Origin: a bacterium
GTDB lineage: Bacteria > UBA8248
Direction: 5' to 3'
Assembly (NCBI GenBank): GCA_965199855.1
Contig: OZ241326.1
Location: 160,001-224,000 of the forward strand
DNA length: 64,000 nucleotides
The position numbers and the translations under genes are program-made. Below, in pieces: positions 9,809-17,898 of this stretch; within the stretch, counting starts at the first letter, position 1; every line of letters starts with the position of its first letter. The notes beneath the pieces are model-generated. The model was not told where the DNA came from, did not search any database, and saw only the letters and a program-made list of their open reading frames with translations.

Positions 9809-10570
9809 ATGCTTTGGGAAGAGCTGAGCTGGCCGCAACACAAGAGAATGGCGCAGGAGGGGGCCGTGGTCGTCGTTCCCTTCGCGTCGATGGAGCAGCA
9901 CGGCCCCCACAGCCCCGTCGTGGTGGACACCCTGCTGTGCGAGAGCGTCTGCCGAAAGGCGACCGAGGGACTCGAGGGCGCGCTCCTCACCCGCGCGATG
10001 TGGGCGGGCGCGTCCCATCACCATTTCGAGTATCCGGGCACCATCTCGCTCAGGCTGGAGACCTACGTCGCCCTCGTCAAGGACATCATCCGCTCGGTCG
10101 CCCACCACGGCTACGGAAAGATATTCGTCGTGAACGGCCACGGCGGAAACGTCCAGCCCCTTCAGGCCACGCTGAACGACGTCGGCTACGAGCTCGACGT
10201 CGCCATCTGGATGGTCACCTACTTCCACCTGGGAGACGAAATCGCCGGCCGCGTCAGAAAAAGCGAGGTCGGCGGCATGGCCCACAGCGGCGAATTCGAG
10301 ACCGCCATGATGCTGCACCTGCGCCCCGACCTGGTGAACATGGACGAGGCGGTGGATCAGCCCAGCCAGAGCGCGCACCCCCTGATGACGAAGGACATGC
10401 ACCGCCGCGGGATGCTCTTCCGCCCCGTGGACTTCAACCGGCACCGCGCGCCCTCGGGCGTGTCGGGGACGCCGAGCGCGGCGACGGCGGAAAACGGGGA
10501 GAAATACTTCGAGGCCGTATCCGCCCGGCTGCGGGGCCTGATAGAGGACATGGCCGCTCTCGAGGTCTAG
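9809..10570 (+). CDS. Creatininase/creatinine amidohydrolase family protein
   Basis: Motifs EQHGPH..VD, SHHH..YPGTISL, NGHGGN, HSGEFET. Confidence 0.9.
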   Translation: MLWEELSWPQHKRMAQEGAVVVVPFASMEQHGPHSPVVVDTLLCESVCRKATEGLEGALLTRAMWAGASHHHFEYPGTISLRLETYVALVKDIIRSVAHHGYGKIFVVNGHGGNVQPLQATLNDVGYELDVAIWMVTYFHLGDEIAGRVRKSEVGGMAHSGEFETAMMLHLRPDLVNMDEAVDQPSQSAHPLMTKDMHRRGMLFRPVDFNRHRAPSGVSGTPSAATAENGEKYFEAVSARLRGLIEDMAALEV

Positions 10571-10742
10571 CGCCGCGCCGCCGAAAGCCTGACCTGATAG
10601 GGCCGACCCTTCGCCCCGGCGCGGGCGTCGGGCCGGAAAACGGAGATTCCGATGGACGGAACGAGCGCGAAAAAATTCATCAAGAGCGCCGCCCGCGCCC
10701 TCCCGCGCGGGGCGCGCCGCCCGGCCGTCGGGAATTGACGCC

Positions 10743-11624
10743 GTGCCGCGCCTCGCCCGCGAATCCTCCCGCGCGGCCCGATACGTCAACATCAGCCGCC
10801 CCGGCGCGGACGACCCCGTCATCCTCTGCTATGAGGACGCGGGCGACGGCCCGCCGGTCGTGTGCGTCCCGGGGCTGGGAGACACGAACCGGGTGTGGCG
10901 CAAAATCATCCCCGCCTTCTCGGGGACGCACCGCGTCCTCGCCGTGGAGCCGCGCGGGCACGGCCGCTCCTCGAGCCCCCGCGGAAAATACGCGCTCTCC
11001 GACATGGCGGGCGACCTTGCGGAGGCCGCCGCCCGCCTGGGCGTGGAGCGGCCCGTCCTCATCGGAGACGGCCTGGGAGCGCGGACGGCGCTTCTGCTGG
11101 CGATGGAGCGGCCCGGCTGGCCGGCCGCGCTCGTCCTCATCGGCGCGGGCGCGGCGCCCGCCAGCAGGCGCGCGCGCAGAGGGGTCGCCGAGCGCGTTCA
11201 CCTGGCCGAGGCGGGAGACATGCGCGAAGCCTACAGGAACAGAAAAAGCGAGGGACGCGAGCCCAGGGGCATGACCCCGCGCGAGCGCGCGGAGCGTCAC
11301 CGCCTTTTCCTGCGAAACGACCCTGCGGGCTACGCCTCGGCCGGATACGCGGAGCTGCTCGCGCCCGACCTGACGGATCGCCTGGGCGAGGTGGCCTGCC
11401 CCGTTCTCGCGCTCGCTGGCGCGGACGACGAGGAGTGCCGCGAGGACGCCCGGGCGCTCGCCGCCGGAATCCCCCGGTGCGAATCCGTGCTGATAGAGGG
11501 GGCGGGGCGCTGCGTTCAGCTCGATCAGGCGGAGGCGGCCCTCGCCATCATCCGCGACTTTTTCAGGAAGCACATTCTCTCGGTCGTCAAGACAGCGGAG
11601 GACAGCGATGGCCCGGCTCATTGA
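10743..11624 (+). CDS. Alpha/beta hydrolase-fold protein with degenerate catalytic residues
   Basis: Fold motifs present (EPRGHGRS, PVLALAGADD). Nucleophile elbow is GDGLG and the His loop reads GAGRC. Confidence 0.8.
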   Translation: MPRLARESSRAARYVNISRPGADDPVILCYEDAGDGPPVVCVPGLGDTNRVWRKIIPAFSGTHRVLAVEPRGHGRSSSPRGKYALSDMAGDLAEAAARLGVERPVLIGDGLGARTALLLAMERPGWPAALVLIGAGAAPASRRARRGVAERVHLAEAGDMREAYRNRKSEGREPRGMTPRERAERHRLFLRNDPAGYASAGYAELLAPDLTDRLGEVACPVLALAGADDEECREDARALAAGIPRCESVLIEGAGRCVQLDQAEAALAIIRDFFRKHILSVVKTAEDSDGPAH

Positions 11625-12288
11625 CCTCACCGCGCCCCTGGGACACCCGGCGCTCTGCCAGGTTCCGACGTTTCCCCCGGTGGAATACTGGCGCTTCCAC
11701 GAGCACGCCTCCCACGGCCGCCAGAACAGCGCGGTGAAAATGGCGATCCACCAGGGAACGCACCTCGACGCGCCCAGACACTTCTACGAGGACGGCGCGA
11801 CGATTGACGAGATGCCGCTCGACACCTTCTGCGGCCGCGCCGTGAAGATCGACCTGAGAGGAATCGCGCGGGAGGCGCGTCCCGTCACCCGGGAGATGAT
11901 CGAATCCGCCCCCGGGTTCGACCCCGCGCGCCTGGAGGGCGCCATCGCCGTCACCTGGACGGGCTGGTCGAAGGAGAAAATCTTCACGCCCGACTACTTC
12001 GGCCCCAACCCCCATCTCGACAGGGAGGCGTGCCTCTTCCTGTGCGGCTGCGGCATGAAGGCGCTCTGCATGGACCACGCGATCGACCCGGGCCTTCGGC
12101 CGGATTCCGTCGTCCACGGCGAGGATTCCCCCGGCCACCGGGCGGTGCTGGGCCGGGGCGTTCCGCTCATCGAGCACGTCGTCAACCTGGACGCGTTCGA
12201 CGAGGCCGAATTCGAGATGTTCGCGTTTCCCCTGAAGCTCTACGGAATCGAGGGCGCGCCCGCCCGCGTGGTGGCGCGGCTCCCCTGA
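11608..12288 (+). CDS. Cyclase family metal-dependent hydrolase (kynurenine formamidase-like)
   Basis: HQGTHLDAPRH motif; C-terminal PLKL.GIEGAPARVVA. Confidence 0.9.
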   Translation: MARLIDLTAPLGHPALCQVPTFPPVEYWRFHEHASHGRQNSAVKMAIHQGTHLDAPRHFYEDGATIDEMPLDTFCGRAVKIDLRGIAREARPVTREMIESAPGFDPARLEGAIAVTWTGWSKEKIFTPDYFGPNPHLDREACLFLCGCGMKALCMDHAIDPGLRPDSVVHGEDSPGHRAVLGRGVPLIEHVVNLDAFDEAEFEMFAFPLKLYGIEGAPARVVARLP

Positions 12289-12307
12289 AAACGAGGAGGC
12301 GGGAAAG

Positions 12308-13111
12308 TTGCCATTCTACAGAATCTCCGAAATGGAGGCGCAGTTCGTCGATATGGGAAAGGCCCGGATGCGGAGCGCGGCCGGGGAGCTCATGAAGGCG
12401 GGCGTGATCACCTACCCCGAGGACGGCGGCCCGCCGCCTCACTTTCACCCGAACGAGGAGCAGTTTCTTCTGGTGACGGAGGGAGAAGCGAACGTGATTC
12501 TGGGGGAGGAGACGCGCGTCGTCCGCCCCGGCGATTTGGTCCACATCCCCCGGAACGAGCGGCACGGGCTTCGCATCCTGGAGGGGCCGTTCTCCTTCTT
12601 CACCGTGAAGAGCCCCGCGGGCGACGGCGACCTCTACCAGGACTACAACAGGGCCGCGGACGCCGAGGAGGCGCGAAAAAAACTGGAATCCGTCCCGCCT
12701 TCCCCGGAAAGGAAAGTCCGGACGCCCTTTTACAGAATGGAAGACCTGCCGCAGGGCCGCTCGAAAGTAGGCCCTGCCGTCAGCCACGCGACCGCCGGCG
12801 AGTTGATGAAGGTGGGCTGGGTCATCTACCCGCAGGGGGAGGGGCCGCCGGCGCACTTTCATCCCAACGAAGAGCAATACATCCTGATGCTCGAGGGGAG
12901 GATGAACATGATCTGCGGGGAGGAGACGCGCGAAATCGGCCCCGGCGACCTCGTCCACATCCCCAGAAACACGCGCCACGGCATCCACATCACCCAGGGG
13001 CCGGCGAAATTCTTCGCCGCCAAGAGCCCGGCGGGCGACGGAACGCTGGATCAGGACTACAACAGGGCGGCCGACGCGGACGAGGTGAGGGAGCGTCTGG
13101 CGAATTCGTAA
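12308..13111 (+). CDS. Bicupin (two tandem cupin domains)
   Basis: Two copies of HFHPNEEQ...GDLVHIPRN..HG...KSPAGDG.L.QDYNRAADA. Confidence 0.88.
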   Translation: MPFYRISEMEAQFVDMGKARMRSAAGELMKAGVITYPEDGGPPPHFHPNEEQFLLVTEGEANVILGEETRVVRPGDLVHIPRNERHGLRILEGPFSFFTVKSPAGDGDLYQDYNRAADAEEARKKLESVPPSPERKVRTPFYRMEDLPQGRSKVGPAVSHATAGELMKVGWVIYPQGEGPPAHFHPNEEQYILMLEGRMNMICGEETREIGPGDLVHIPRNTRHGIHITQGPAKFFAAKSPAGDGTLDQDYNRAADADEVRERLANS

Positions 13112-13163
13112 GCGGCGAATCCGGCCAGGCCGGCGGAGACGGCCCTGCCGGCTCCCCTCCTCC

Positions 13164-13691
13164 TCACCGCCGCCGGGACTGCGCCGCCATGCGTTTTTTG
13201 CGGAACCGCACGGCCTGGATGACGTCCTGCCAGACGAGACGGCCCAGGGGGCCCGAACTATAGACGGCGATGTTCACCTTCCCGTCCGGGGAGAGCAGGA
13301 AGTTGGTCGAATGCAGATAGGGCCTCGGCTTCTCGCCGGCTTCCGGGGCGTAGTAGGCGCCGAGCGCCTCGGAGACGCGCGCGGGGTCCAGGCTGTGGCC
13401 CACCGGAAAGTTCACCTTGCTCGCCTCGATGGATCGCAGGGCCTCCTCTTCAGGATCCGTGGACGCCGCGACGACCTTGACGCCCTCCGCTTCCAGCCTT
13501 TCTCCCGCCCGGGAGAATCCCGCCAGCTGGGCGAGTCAGTAGGGTCACCAGTGGCTTCGGTAGAACAGCGCGACGCCCCAGGAGCCGCGCAAATCGTCGG
13601 GAAGCGCGATTTCCCCGCCGCCCGCCTTCGGGACGCGGAGGCTCGGAAAGTCATCCCCGGTATCGAGAAAGAAGTCGTTCGCCTTCGGCAT
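13164..13691 (-). CDS. Peroxiredoxin/AhpC-TSA-like selenoprotein with U-P-Y-U (two Sec)
   Basis: One frame from ATG 13691: MPKANDFFLDTGDDFPSLRVP...LFYRSHW-TGA-PY-TGA-LAQLAGF... joins ORF 13164..13415. TGAs at 13545-13547 and 13536-13538 (codons 49 and 52) occupy both Cys positions of the WCPYC motif. Collinear with the upstream paralog. Confidence 0.85.
13500..13517 (-). promoter_or_regulatory. Putative bacterial SECIS hairpin
   Basis: TTCTCCC-GGGC-GGGAGAA. The loop is 34 nt after the first TGA and 25 nt after the second. Confidence 0.65.
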
Positions 13692-13816
13692 GACGCGCTC
13701 CCCTTGCTCAAAAAAACGAATGCGCCCGCCTCATCCGCCCGGGATGCGGGCACGCGCGCAAAAAGCCGCCCTCCCGAATCCGGCCGTCGGAAGGGCGGCT
13801 TCGGGAATGCCCGCGC

Positions 13817-14314
13817 CTAGTTCTGCGCCGCCATCTTCTTGAAAAACTGAACCATCCCCAGGACGTCCTGCCACACGAGCCGTCCGATGGGCCCGGTGCT
13901 GTAGACGGCCACGGCGACCGTTCCATCGGGCTTCAGGACGTAGCCCGTGCCGTGAAGAATCTGGCGCCTCTCCTCGTAGAAGCAGCCGGTGAGCTCGGAA
14001 ATCCGCTTGTTGTCGAGGCCGTAGCCCACGGGAAAGTTCAGCCCGCATTCATCGATCGTTCCCCTGGCCTGCTCTTCCGTGTCCACGGAAGCCGCAACAA
14101 CCTTGACGCCCTCCTCCCGGAGCTTCGCCGCCCGGTCGAAGGCCGTCAGCTGCTGCTTGCAGTAGGGTCACCAGTGGCCTCGATACAGCAGAACCACCCC
14201 CCAGTCGCCCGCGAGATCGCCGGGCAGGGAGATTTTCCCTCCGCCCACCCGATCCGCCTCGACGTCCGGAAAGGGATCGCCCGAATCGATCATCCTGTCC
14301 GTCATGCGCGGCAT
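13817..14314 (-). CDS. Peroxiredoxin/AhpC-TSA-like selenoprotein with U-P-Y-C
   Basis: ATG 14314 with GGAGG RBS: MPRMTDRMIDSGDPFP...LLYRGHW-TGA(14168-14170)-PYCKQQL... in frame with ORF 13817..14086. Confidence 0.9.
14123..14141 (-). promoter_or_regulatory. Putative bacterial SECIS hairpin
   Basis: CTTCG-A-CC-GGGC-GG-CGAAG. Same GGGC loop, 34 nt after the TGA as in the paralog, with a different stem sequence. Confidence 0.65.
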
Positions 14315-14381
14315 CAATGCGTCCTCCGAAAATGAATGAAGCGAAAGCGGGCCCCGAAGCGGCGAGGCCCCAGCCCGTTCA

Positions 14382-14410
14382 TTTATACCCGCGCGCCGCG
14401 GAGATTTCAA
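14382..14410 (-). promoter_or_regulatory. Sigma70-like promoter of the seleno-peroxiredoxin pair
   Basis: TTGAAA-17 bp-TATAAA on the minus strand. Confidence 0.55.
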
Positions 14411-14449
14411 ACCGCGCCGATGGCGCCGGGGCTTCTCACCGAGTCGCCC

Positions 14450-14478
14450 TTGACATCGAGAGGGCGGCTTCCTAGCAT
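14450..14478 (+). promoter_or_regulatory. Sigma70-like promoter (divergent)
   Basis: TTGACA-17 bp-TAGCAT. Confidence 0.55.
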
Positions 14479-14505
14479 GGGGCCGGTTCTTCGGGAGAAT
14501 AGCGA

Positions 14506-14784
14506 ATGAGCGACGCCATCGCCTGCGAATGCGGGAATCTGAATCTGCAGGGCGCATACGAGAAAGCCTCCGAAGCCTGCCATCGGGAGGTTCATCTCTC
14601 CACGGAGGACGCGGAGCGCTATCTTCCGCGGGACGAATCCCAGCAAAACCAGATCATCTCGAAGCAGTGCCGGATTCCCCCCCTCACCAGCGTCATCCGG
14701 TATGGGCCGGACTACTACGTGCTCAAAAAGGGCCGGGTCATGCGGGAGGGGTTCCGCAGGACGCTTCCCGAATACAGGCAGTAG
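14506..14784 (+). CDS. Small hypothetical protein (CEC...CH...C)
   Basis: 92-aa ORF with GGGAG RBS, its own promoter and protein-like composition. Confidence 0.7.
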   Translation: MSDAIACECGNLNLQGAYEKASEACHREVHLSTEDAERYLPRDESQQNQIISKQCRIPPLTSVIRYGPDYYVLKKGRVMREGFRRTLPEYRQ

Positions 14785-14984
14785 GCGCGCCTCCCCCGCC
14801 CCGCCCGAAAAAGGGCGCGCCCGGACGTCCTCCCTTTCGCCTCCACCCGCTTCTTCCCCCGGCTTCGATGCAGCTGATAGCGCCTCTCGCAAGCCGCGTC
14901 CTCATCGCCCACGGGCGCTTTTTGATGCTAGGATAGCGTCTCCATCGAATTCGCCTCGAAACCTCCAGCCTCGGGAGATGAGCC

Positions 14985-15347
14985 ATGCGCGCCAGAAAAT
15001 ACAGCTGGGACGAGATGCCCGAAGAGGCCGTGACCGATTCGTTTTCGAGAAAAATGGTGGTGGGCGAAAAGGAGATGCTCTGCTGGCTCAAGCTCAAGCC
15101 CGGCTGCCTGGTGCCGACGCACAACCACGAGCACGAGCAGATATCCCACGTCATCAAGGGGAGGCTCAGGTTCCTCATCGACGACGAGGCCGTTGAGATC
15201 GGCCCCGGCGAGACGCTCCTCATCCCGCCGCACGTCCCCCATTCCGCCGAAGTCGTGGGAGACGAGACGGTGATAGACTACGACATATTCAGCCCCATCC
15301 GGGAAGACTGGCTCGACGGAAGCGACTCTTATCTGAGAGACAAGTAG
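14985..15347 (+). CDS. Cupin domain protein
   Basis: Motifs PTHNHEHEQ, IPPHVPHS, DIFSPIREDW. Confidence 0.9.
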   Translation: MRARKYSWDEMPEEAVTDSFSRKMVVGEKEMLCWLKLKPGCLVPTHNHEHEQISHVIKGRLRFLIDDEAVEIGPGETLLIPPHVPHSAEVVGDETVIDYDIFSPIREDWLDGSDSYLRDK

Positions 15348-15806
15348 CGGGATTTTCCACCCGGGCGCCCCCCTTGCGGTGAAAGGAGCCGCGCGCCTCC
15401 GGCGGCGTTCGCCCCGCTCGCTCCCGTCCGGCGGCGTCCCGCCCCGGAAAAGATGCTCGCCCGCGCGAAACCGCCCCTTCCCCGAAAAGCGGCTGAAAGA
15501 GCGCGGGCTTCCCCATCCAGCGCGAAATGTTGTATCCACAACCCATCGAAACCCTACATATAGATTCCATCCAAGCATTTGCTTTTTATGCGCCAATCCG
15601 TTTTCCCCGGTCTGGATAAACTGTGCGTAAATCGCCGCTTTGACTCCACATATTGCGCGGCGAGAAAAAAACTTCCTACATTCTGTATGTTGAACGATAT
15701 TTCACTTCTCATCGTCATTGCGGCGAAAGCCGCAATCCAGGACCGACGGGAAAACAAGGGATTCCGCAATCCCTCCGCCTTGTCGGGAGTGCCGCGCGTC
15801 AAGGAA

Positions 15807-15843
15807 AAGCGCCCCCCTCGACGAGGGGGGCGCTTCGTTTTTT
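15807..15843. terminator. Rho-independent (probably bidirectional) terminator after hflC
   Basis: Perfect inverted repeat AAGCGCCCCCCTCG-A-CGAGGGGGGCGCTT flanked by A and T tracts. Confidence 0.75.
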
Positions 15844-15854
15844 CGGGGAGCCCG

Positions 15855-16763
15855 CTATTCGGACTTTTTCGGCTCCCTGCTCTCGGAGCCTTGCAGGAAT
15901 CTGAGGAAATCGCTGCTCGCGGGCAGCACGAGCGTCGTCTTGTCCTTCAGGGAGCGCTCATACACCTCCAGGCTTTTCAGGAAGGCGTAGAACTCCTCGT
16001 CCTGCCCGAACGCCCCGGCGTTGATCTCGATGCTTTTGGCGTCCCCCTCGCCCTTGATGGTCTGCTCCTTCTCGTAGGCTTCCGCCAGAAGCACGTCGCG
16101 CTCGCGGTTGGTCTCCGCCCGGATCTTCTCGGCCTGCTCCTTTCCCTCGGAGCGGTATTGGCGGGCGATCCTCTGCCGCTCGGCCTGCATCCGGCCGTAA
16201 ATCGCCTTGAGGTTCTCCGCCGGCAGATCGGCGCGCTTGAGGCGAACGTCCACGATTTTGATGCCGTATTCGCGGGCCTTCCGGTCGCTCGCCTTCGTGA
16301 CCTTCGCCATCAGCTGGGCGCGGTCCTTCGCCACGATGTCGATCAGGTCCTTGCGGCCGAGCTCCAGGCGCAACTCGCTGTAGATGATGTCGTCGAGCCT
16401 CGCCTGCGCCCCCGTCTCGTTGCGGACGGTGCGCAGAAACTGGAGGGGATCGATGATGCGCCAGCGCGAGAAATTGTCCACCACGAGGGTCTTCTTGTCC
16501 TGCGTGATGATCTCCGTCGGGTTCGAGTCGTATTCGAGCAGGCGGCGGTCGAAGAAGGAGAGCTGCTCCACGAACGGGAGCCGGTAGTGAAGCCCCGCGT
16601 CTCGCAGAACCCGCACGGGCTTGCCGAAGCGGGTGACGACCACCTGCCTGTCCTCGCGGACCGTGAACAGGAACGAATTGAGGGCGACGATGGCGAGCAC
16701 GACCAGGACGAACAGGGCGATGGTCTTCTTCGGCAGTCTGACGGCGGATCCCTCGGCGCTCAT
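15855..16763 (-). CDS. hflC: Protease modulator HflC
   Basis: SPFH domain: DKKTLVVD...WRIIDPL, RMQAER, FYAFLKSLEVY. Confidence 0.95.
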   Translation of the reverse strand: MSAEGSAVRLPKKTIALFVLVVLAIVALNSFLFTVREDRQVVVTRFGKPVRVLRDAGLHYRLPFVEQLSFFDRRLLEYDSNPTEIITQDKKTLVVDNFSRWRIIDPLQFLRTVRNETGAQARLDDIIYSELRLELGRKDLIDIVAKDRAQLMAKVTKASDRKAREYGIKIVDVRLKRADLPAENLKAIYGRMQAERQRIARQYRSEGKEQAEKIRAETNRERDVLLAEAYEKEQTIKGEGDAKSIEINAGAFGQDEEFYAFLKSLEVYERSLKDKTTLVLPASSDFLRFLQGSESREPKKSE

Positions 16764-17797
16764 CGCTTCGTGATTCCTTCGATTCCGTTGCCCCGCAGCG
16801 GGAGGATGGGCAGGACGCCGGACTTGCCCTGATCCAGGATGACCTTGTCCACCGTCGGCATCACCTCCTTCATCATTTCGAGATAGAGGCGCTCGCGCGT
16901 AATCGCCGGCGCCTTCCGATATTCCTGCAGGGTGGCGACGAAGCGGTTCGCGTCGCCGCGCGCGTGGCGAATCTTGGTCTCCCTGTAGGCTTCCGCCTTC
17001 CGGAGGACGGCGGCCACCTTGCCGCGCGTCTCGGGGATCACCTGGTTCTGGTAGCCCTGCGCCTCGTTCACGAGGCGGTTTCTGTCCTCGCGCGCGCTGG
17101 CCACGTCCTTGAAGGCGTGAATGACCTCCTTGGGCGGCGTCACGTCCTGAAGCTGCACCGCCGCCACGCGCAGGCCGGTTTCGTAGAGATCCAGTATCTT
17201 CTGCATCTCCAGCAGCGTCTCCTGCTGGATGGCGCCCTTGCCGGTGGTGAGCGCCTCGTCAATGGGCTTGCTGCCCACCACCTGGCGAATGGCGGCCTCC
17301 GCGGCGTGCACGACCGTCTCCCGGGGGTTGCGCACCTTGAAGAGATACTTGTCCGCCTCCACGATGCGGTATTGGACGATCATGTCGACGTCCACCATGT
17401 TCTCGTCGCCGGTCAGCATCCTCGATTCATGGGGCTTGTCCGAATACCGCGCGGGAGGGCCCGGGTCGATGGTGCGGAAGCCGATCTCCACGCGCTTCAC
17501 TTCGGTCACCTTCGGCGTGTAGGCGGTCTCCATCGGGAAGGGGAGGTGATAGTTGAGGCCCGAGGACACGACCCGATCGATGCGCCCGAACCGAAGAACG
17601 ATGCCCTGCTCGTCCGGCCCCACGCTGAAAACGCCGGAAGCCAGCCAGAGCAGAGCCACTGCCACGAAGATGACCGCGGAGGGCAGCTTGAAGGCGGGCA
17701 TACGGAACTGGGGCAGCTTGATCTGCGGCGGCATCCCCCCTCCTCCTCCGCCACCGCCCTGCCTTTTCGACTTGAACTCATCCCAGTCCATCGGCAT
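16760..17797 (-). CDS. hflK: FtsH protease modulator HflK
   Basis: Gly-rich N-terminus, MLTGDEN, AFKDVASARED, TRERLYLE. Confidence 0.95.
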   Translation of the reverse strand: MPMDWDEFKSKRQGGGGGGGGMPPQIKLPQFRMPAFKLPSAVIFVAVALLWLASGVFSVGPDEQGIVLRFGRIDRVVSSGLNYHLPFPMETAYTPKVTEVKRVEIGFRTIDPGPPARYSDKPHESRMLTGDENMVDVDMIVQYRIVEADKYLFKVRNPRETVVHAAEAAIRQVVGSKPIDEALTTGKGAIQQETLLEMQKILDLYETGLRVAAVQLQDVTPPKEVIHAFKDVASAREDRNRLVNEAQGYQNQVIPETRGKVAAVLRKAEAYRETKIRHARGDANRFVATLQEYRKAPAITRERLYLEMMKEVMPTVDKVILDQGKSGVLPILPLRGNGIEGITKR

Positions 17798-17898
17798 GAG
17801 CGCATCTCCCTATCGGCGAGGTGACATGATCGTCCGGGGCGAGGCTTCGCCCATCCCGCGCCTCCGCCTATGAACCCTATGCGGGTTCCGGCTGGAAG

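Noticed and set aside
13164-14314. Peroxiredoxin genes as nonsense pseudogenes, or UGA=Trp/Gly recoding
   Set aside because: The TGAs fall only at catalytic Cys positions, TGG is used for Trp in the adjacent codon, and many ordinary genes here end in TGA.
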